Shown: piece after piece, positions 26,048 through 30,799 of the stretch
Position numbering within the stretch: the first letter of the stretch is position 1
Layout of the letters: every line of letters begins with the position of its first letter
Source of the DNA: a virus
Lineage: Duplodnaviria > Caudoviricetes
Length of the DNA: 30,799 nucleotides
Virus record (IMG/VR): IMGVR_UViG_3300025676_000667
Location: 1-30,799 of that record
Direction: 5' to 3' (one strand)
Notes under the pieces: model-generated
Told to the model about the DNA's origin: nothing
What the model saw: the letters and a program-made list of their open reading frames with translations, nothing else
Database searches by the model: none
Made by a program: the position numbers and the translations under genes

Positions 26048-26356
26048 TTAAATTTCTGCCCACTGTGTGCTACCATCATCTGATTTTATAAAAACAAACA
26101 ATTTACCACTATCTGTATTAAACCACTCGTCCCCCTCTTGCGACATTTCTGGTGCAGAAGTACTCTTAGAAAATTTGGTTATTCTTGTTTTGTTTATCTC
26201 TTTCCATCCTCGTTTTTCTCCATGTTCGGGAGAATATCCTCGAATGGTTTTAGAGGCAACATATTCTTTTCCGTTTTTTCTAACGACATCACCCTTTTCA
26301 TATTCTTTCAAATTTCCATTGGGTTCGCGAATTTTAAAATCTTGTATATTTTCCAT
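26048..26356 (-). CDS. Small hypothetical protein with CBM5/12-like segment and fibre-type C-terminal module
   Basis: YEKGDVVRKNGKEYVA...SP....W resembles small carbohydrate-binding modules; C-terminus is similar to that of the collagen protein. Confidence 0.55.
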   Translation of the reverse strand: MENIQDFKIREPNGNLKEYEKGDVVRKNGKEYVASKTIRGYSPEHGEKRGWKEINKTRITKFSKSTSAPEMSQEGDEWFNTDSGKLFVFIKSDDGSTQWAEI

Positions 26357-26361
26357 ATTAC

Positions 26362-26748
26362 CTATGACTTCTTCATATTTTCAAATAAATCTTGGGTGCT
26401 TCCGACAGTTGTGGGTTTAGTCTTTTTAACTGTCTTTTTTGTTGGTGTCTTCTTAACTATAGCATTTTTACAAGCATTAAGTTTTATATCTGCATGTCTA
26501 CGCATATAAACTCTATCTTCTTTATTAGTATTTCTTTGAATCCAAAAAGCCTTTTCTGTAATCCATTCCCAAATACACTCACCCTTCCAACGGATTTGGA
26601 CTCTGAGGTCTTTACCCCTTTCAAATCCCTTCCATTCTTCTTGGTGTGCTGTCTTGTAAGTTTTTAAAGAAAAATTATTAGACACCAACTGCAAATGGTC
26701 TTTCATATAAGTTTCGTATGAACTGTTTGATAATACTGTATTTTTCAT
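26362..26748 (-). CDS. Hypothetical protein
   Basis: 128-aa ORF, co-oriented and tightly packed; Trp-rich core and Lys/Thr-rich tail; no recognised family. Confidence 0.6.
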   Translation of the reverse strand: MKNTVLSNSSYETYMKDHLQLVSNNFSLKTYKTAHQEEWKGFERGKDLRVQIRWKGECIWEWITEKAFWIQRNTNKEDRVYMRRHADIKLNACKNAIVKKTPTKKTVKKTKPTTVGSTQDLFENMKKS

Positions 26749-26749
26749 A

Positions 26750-28252
26750 TTATGTAGTTATAAGGAGTTCTTCGTTTATTTTAACTATTGTTCCATACAA
26801 GTAATTAAATGCTTCATATGGGTCAATGTTGGCCGCTGGTCTTCTGTCTTCCAAATGACCTTTCCCTCCACTTTGGACTGTTAATTGTGGAATGCGAATT
26901 GAAGCACCCCTATCCATTTCTCCCCATGTGAATTCTTCTTGGGATGAAGTTTCATTATTACCAGTTAGTCTTCTGTTGTTTTCTTCACCGTAAACATCAA
27001 TTGATTCTTTATGGTATCTTTCCATGCTCGAACAGAGCGAAATTAGATATGCAATATCAGATTCTCTCCTCATATACTCTGTGGAGAAATTAATATGTCC
27101 ACCAGAACCATTCCAATCACCGGCTACTGGTTTTGGATTATATGAAATTGCTAATCCCATATCTTCTGCAATTCGTTGAAGTAAAAACCTAGAGATAATT
27201 ACATCATCCGCTGCCTGAAGTACCAACTTTGGAGCAGTTTGAAACTCCCATTGTGAAAGCATTACTTCTGCATTTGTGCCCATTATACCTACGCCAACTT
27301 TATTACACAGTGAAGCGTGCGTTTCTGCCAACTTTCTTCCTTTGGTTACATCTGCTCCAACTCCACAGTAATATTTTCCTTGTGGTGGTGGAGTGTCTTC
27401 ATCATAATCGGACCAACCTATAGGGTTTCCTGTAATTGGGTCTACTATGGTATATTCTTGCTCAAAACCAACAAGAAACATATCACTTTTGTCTTCTCTT
27501 TGTCTTAGTTCTGTTTCTCTTTTATTTACTGCATCTACTAGTTTTGACCTAGTATTTGTTTCGTGTGCATTTCCCTCAATATCCGTAACCTCGCATAAAA
27601 CAAGATATGAAATGGGTTTTCCATTTATTCTTGAAGGGGCGTCCATAGGATTTTCCACAATCTTCACTGGGGACAATCCACAATCACTATTATCGGTTGT
27701 TGCTTGCATAGTACTAGAACCATCATAAGACCATTTTGGCGCCATCCTAATTAACATCTGAGGATTGTCGGGAATCCTTGAAATTGGCATTCTTTGATAT
27801 CTTGTTTTACTTCTAATATTCTTTGATGAATCACCATCCAACCAAATATATTCAAACTTTAAAGTTTCTATTTCATTTTGTTGTGGTTGTTGTGGTCTTT
27901 CGGGTGGTGCAGGCATTTCCTCACCCTTTGCCCACTTTTCTAAAATATCTTTTTCTGCAAACCCACATTTCACATTACCTGTTTCAGCATCAAGAAATAA
28001 TGGAGTTCCACACTGTGCATTGTGTTTTGTTTTTGCTTCATTTGCTCTTTCTGCCTGTTCGGGTTTGGTTATGTCCAATTTAGTTATTTCATAACCTTCT
28101 TTTATTAATTCTTCAACTACTGGGTCTGCTTTCGTACACCAACCACAACCAGGATTCATAATATAAAGAAGGTCATTCTTTACTGTTTTGCTTTTAGTCT
28201 TTTTGGACTTTGCTTCTTTATTCTTATCTTTACCACACTTTTTACAAGCCAT
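26750..28252 (-). CDS. Type II glutamine synthetase fused to N-terminal thioredoxin-like domain
   Basis: GSII motifs EYIWLDG, RSKTR, WSYDGSST.QA, GFEQEY, YYCGVG, NAEVM.SQWEFQ, PKP..GDWNG.G.H.NFST, RRLTG..ET, RGASIRIP, LEDRRPAAN.DPY; aa ~27-110 carry CGWC and cis-Pro-like GTP. Confidence 0.9.
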   Translation of the reverse strand: MACKKCGKDKNKEAKSKKTKSKTVKNDLLYIMNPGCGWCTKADPVVEELIKEGYEITKLDITKPEQAERANEAKTKHNAQCGTPLFLDAETGNVKCGFAEKDILEKWAKGEEMPAPPERPQQPQQNEIETLKFEYIWLDGDSSKNIRSKTRYQRMPISRIPDNPQMLIRMAPKWSYDGSSTMQATTDNSDCGLSPVKIVENPMDAPSRINGKPISYLVLCEVTDIEGNAHETNTRSKLVDAVNKRETELRQREDKSDMFLVGFEQEYTIVDPITGNPIGWSDYDEDTPPPQGKYYCGVGADVTKGRKLAETHASLCNKVGVGIMGTNAEVMLSQWEFQTAPKLVLQAADDVIISRFLLQRIAEDMGLAISYNPKPVAGDWNGSGGHINFSTEYMRRESDIAYLISLCSSMERYHKESIDVYGEENNRRLTGNNETSSQEEFTWGEMDRGASIRIPQLTVQSGGKGHLEDRRPAANIDPYEAFNYLYGTIVKINEELLITT

Positions 28253-28263
28253 TATTTAATTCC

Positions 28264-29865
28264 TTATTCTGGTTTCCAAAATATTAACACAGGTTCATAC
28301 TTCAAGTACTTCCCATCAACTTGACAGTAATTTTTACATGTGGGTTTACCATCTTCACCCATTCTATTTTGTCCCGGCATACCTTCTAATGCCATCTTTA
28401 TCGTATATCTATACATCATACCACAAGATTCTAATATGTCAATACTATCTTTCTCTAATGGTAGATAGTTTCCACCCACCAACAAGTCTGCAATATTCCA
28501 CGCCATATATCTTCCTGGCCTCAAATATTCTGCACAGGTTTCCAAAGTTGGTGCAAGGAATCCATGTCGCCATAATTCATAAGATGAACCATACTTTTTA
28601 TAAGATTGGTTGTCATCTTCGCTATATGCTTCTCTATTAAAGTATGGCGGAGATGTAAAAATAAAATCCAACTTTCCTTTATACTTTTTAAAGTCTGGAT
28701 TTATATGAATTACTTCTGAACCTTCTTTGAATATTTCGTAAGTATTCGTTTCGGAAAAGAATGGATTTCCTCTATAAGTTCTGGTATTGTAGAAATCAGC
28801 GATAGAAGCATACTTGCTGTAACCATCATCCCCAATAAAATTGTCAGGATTAGGGTCAGTCCCAATGTAATGAATCCTGCGGTCATCCCGAACACCCATA
28901 GCACCGAGTATGCGGCCGCCCCAACCGGCTGATGGGTCGTAGATGTTAATAACTTCTTGGTCTTTGATATCATTCGTGAACCTTTCATACAAATATTTGG
29001 CAGTCATGGGTGGAAAGTTGACAGCGGGCTGAATATACCCAATACGATATGCCGCAAATGCTTTGGGAAACATCTTCTTTCCCTTTTTATATACACGAAT
29101 ATTATATCGTTTTTCATCAGACATATTGTCTATATCAAAAGTAGAATAATGTCTATACTCTAACCATCCCTTATCTTTATATTCTTGTACTTCATCTTTG
29201 GTTAGATTTAGAATTTCACTTTGTTCTACTTGGAAGTATCCACTGTTTAATCCTTCTCGTATCTTTACTTCCTCTAACATAAAGTCATATCCCTTAAAGA
29301 TATTGCGGTTGTTGTGAAAAGCATCCATCCATGCATTTGCATCTTCTGTTGCAATTATTGCATACTTCTTGTTGTTTGTAAATGCACTTTTTGCGTGTTC
29401 ATATAGGGAATCCCTGCGAAAATGTCGCATTCCGCCTTTTACCATCTTATCTAAATGTTTATCATCCGCAAATAAATCGTAGATGGAATACCCATTATCT
29501 TTCTCTGTGTAATTGATGCGGGTTTGCATCATATTACTGAACCATTGGTCTGCTTCGCCACCAATTCTGGACTTATTAATAATTACATCATCTTCAACAT
29601 CAGAAAGTTCATCACTGTGTGCGAACTTGTGTGTGGGATATTCTGCAATCTTATTAAATCGTTCTATGATTCCTTCTTCGTTTTTGCCTGTTCTTGGTGG
29701 ACATCCGTAATTATCCCATGATTCCTTCACTACTTTTCGGAATTGAATCACCCAATCCCTAAACTGGTCGGGTGTCATTACCAAAAGGTCTTCAAAATTG
29801 CAATTGATATGTGAATTTATCACATGGTCGTTTCGTTCATAAAAATGTTTTGTATCTGTCATCAT
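28264..29865 (-). CDS. DNA amino-methyltransferase (N4-cytosine/N6-adenine type), apparently orphan
   Basis: SAM-binding YDPSAGWGGR, YIGTDPN, catalytic DFIFTSPPYF, L.PG...WNIAD; long N-terminal region. Confidence 0.82.
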   Translation of the reverse strand: MMTDTKHFYERNDHVINSHINCNFEDLLVMTPDQFRDWVIQFRKVVKESWDNYGCPPRTGKNEEGIIERFNKIAEYPTHKFAHSDELSDVEDDVIINKSRIGGEADQWFSNMMQTRINYTEKDNGYSIYDLFADDKHLDKMVKGGMRHFRRDSLYEHAKSAFTNNKKYAIIATEDANAWMDAFHNNRNIFKGYDFMLEEVKIREGLNSGYFQVEQSEILNLTKDEVQEYKDKGWLEYRHYSTFDIDNMSDEKRYNIRVYKKGKKMFPKAFAAYRIGYIQPAVNFPPMTAKYLYERFTNDIKDQEVINIYDPSAGWGGRILGAMGVRDDRRIHYIGTDPNPDNFIGDDGYSKYASIADFYNTRTYRGNPFFSETNTYEIFKEGSEVIHINPDFKKYKGKLDFIFTSPPYFNREAYSEDDNQSYKKYGSSYELWRHGFLAPTLETCAEYLRPGRYMAWNIADLLVGGNYLPLEKDSIDILESCGMMYRYTIKMALEGMPGQNRMGEDGKPTCKNYCQVDGKYLKYEPVLIFWKPE

Positions 29866-30799
29866 TTTATTTTGCTAAAATTGTTCTTTTTCTCAAACAC
29901 GATGTGGTTCTCGAACTTATCTGTCATTGTATCAGATTTATGGGAAATTACAAATATATTTGCTCGATTTCCGAAAGAAGTTAATATTTTTAGAAATTCT
30001 TCGGTGCCAACTGCATCTAGGCTGGAATCAAACACCTCATCCAAAACCAATAAGTTGCAATTAACACTATTCTTCAATCTGGCAATTTCTCTCCATGCTA
30101 AAAGCAAAGACAAGTCAATTCTTAGCCGTTCTCCTTCACTGAAACTGTTGTATGTGAATTCATCCCGATGCCTACTTTTAATTGTTTCAATGAAATTCTC
30201 ATCCAAATTAAACTGGCAAAAGAAATCCATATCTGTTAGGTATTTGTTGATTAGTTTGTTCATTATTGGTAAATAGTGTTTGATGATTTTTGCTTTGATG
30301 CCACTATCTTTTAAAAGAGTAGAAGCAATGCTATAATAATGCTTATCTTCCACCAATTCTTTTCTTCTTTCGACATGTTCTTTACCTTCACCAATTAATT
30401 TGTTTAGTTCGTCTTTGGTTTCTTGTGCTTCTGTTCCTTCGTTCAACACCTCTGCAATACGGTTTTGTATCGTACTGATATACCTGAGTGCAACATTAAT
30501 TCTAGTTTGTTTTTCGTTTATTTCATCATCAAGACTGTCTATAGAATTTAAAATTTCATTAATCTCTGTCATTCTTTCATTGGTAGTATTAATGTTTTCT
30601 GTTAATTCTGATATACCATCCTCTACTTCTTTTTGTTCGTTTGCTTTATCGTCAAACATAGATGTCTTGTGGTGTTCCTCTATGTCTTGTTTGCAAGATG
30701 GGCAGGTATCATTTTCTTCATAGAACTTCACACTCTTCTGTATGGTTTTAATTTTATTCTTTAATTGCTGTTCCAACCCTTCCATTTTCAAGAGTCTTT
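29862..30799 (-). CDS. gp46: T4-like gp46 recombination endonuclease subunit (SbcC/Rad50-like), 5' part beyond window
   Basis: Zinc-hook CPSC, coiled coil, LKDSGIK, signature FSEGE..RIDL, Walker B LVLDEVFDSSLD, FVISHK; the frame is open to the window edge. Confidence 0.96.
   Translation of the reverse strand, partial: RLLKMEGLEQQLKNKIKTIQKSVKFYEENDTCPSCKQDIEEHHKTSMFDDKANEQKEVEDGISELTENINTTNERMTEINEILNSIDSLDDEINEKQTRINVALRYISTIQNRIAEVLNEGTEAQETKDELNKLIGEGKEHVERRKELVEDKHYYSIASTLLKDSGIKAKIIKHYLPIMNKLINKYLTDMDFFCQFNLDENFIETIKSRHRDEFTYNSFSEGERLRIDLSLLLAWREIARLKNSVNCNLLVLDEVFDSSLDAVGTEEFLKILTSFGNRANIFVISHKSDTMTDKFENHIVFEKKNNFSKIK

Noticed and set aside
25199-26356. Stop read-through or alternative genetic code fusing 26048..26356 to RNase H
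   Set aside because: The stop is TAA, conserved genes read normally under code 11 using TAA and TGA (one ORF ends in TAG), and the upstream protein ends where its paralogous module ends; an ATT start is simpler.
124-30723. All remaining plus-strand ORFs and 28710..28988(-)
   Set aside because: They overlap well-supported minus-strand genes, have atypical composition and show no recognisable motifs.
1-30799. tRNA, rRNA, introns, inteins, homing endonucleases, IS elements, intrinsic terminators
   Set aside because: Intergenic gaps are all under about 45 nt, conserved proteins are of normal length, and no such motifs or strong GC hairpin+U tracts were seen.

Overview
AT-rich, densely packed fragment of a large T4-like (myovirus-type) phage genome; essentially every real gene is on the minus strand, often with ATGA-type stop/start overlaps. 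In transcription order (high to low coordinates): partial gp46, an amino-DNA methyltransferase, a thioredoxin-like/type II glutamine synthetase fusion, RNase H, and the gp45-gp44-gp62-regA clamp operon, which is interrupted by fcl+gmd (GDP-fucose synthesis) and by a glycosyltransferase plus a GroES-like gene. Then comes a ~17 kb glycan-building island of about 22 genes: two GT10-like fucosyltransferases, an oxidoreductase/aminotransferase/acetyltransferase trio, UDP-glucose dehydrogenase, an epimerase, many putative glycosyltransferases and a GT2-TPR protein. It runs directly into collagen-like and tail-fibre-like virion genes. The most striking element is a RuBisCO-like protein (form IV-like, lacking carboxylase residues) in a tightly coupled cassette with a nucleotidyltransferase, cupin, methyltransferase, phosphodiesterase-fold protein and three paralogous putative transferases. 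This suggests an undescribed phage pathway for an unusual activated sugar. Other points: a probable ATT start codon for RNase H, an uncalled 46-aa ORF, and a candidate variant late promoter. All assignments come from motif recognition by eye; no searches were run.
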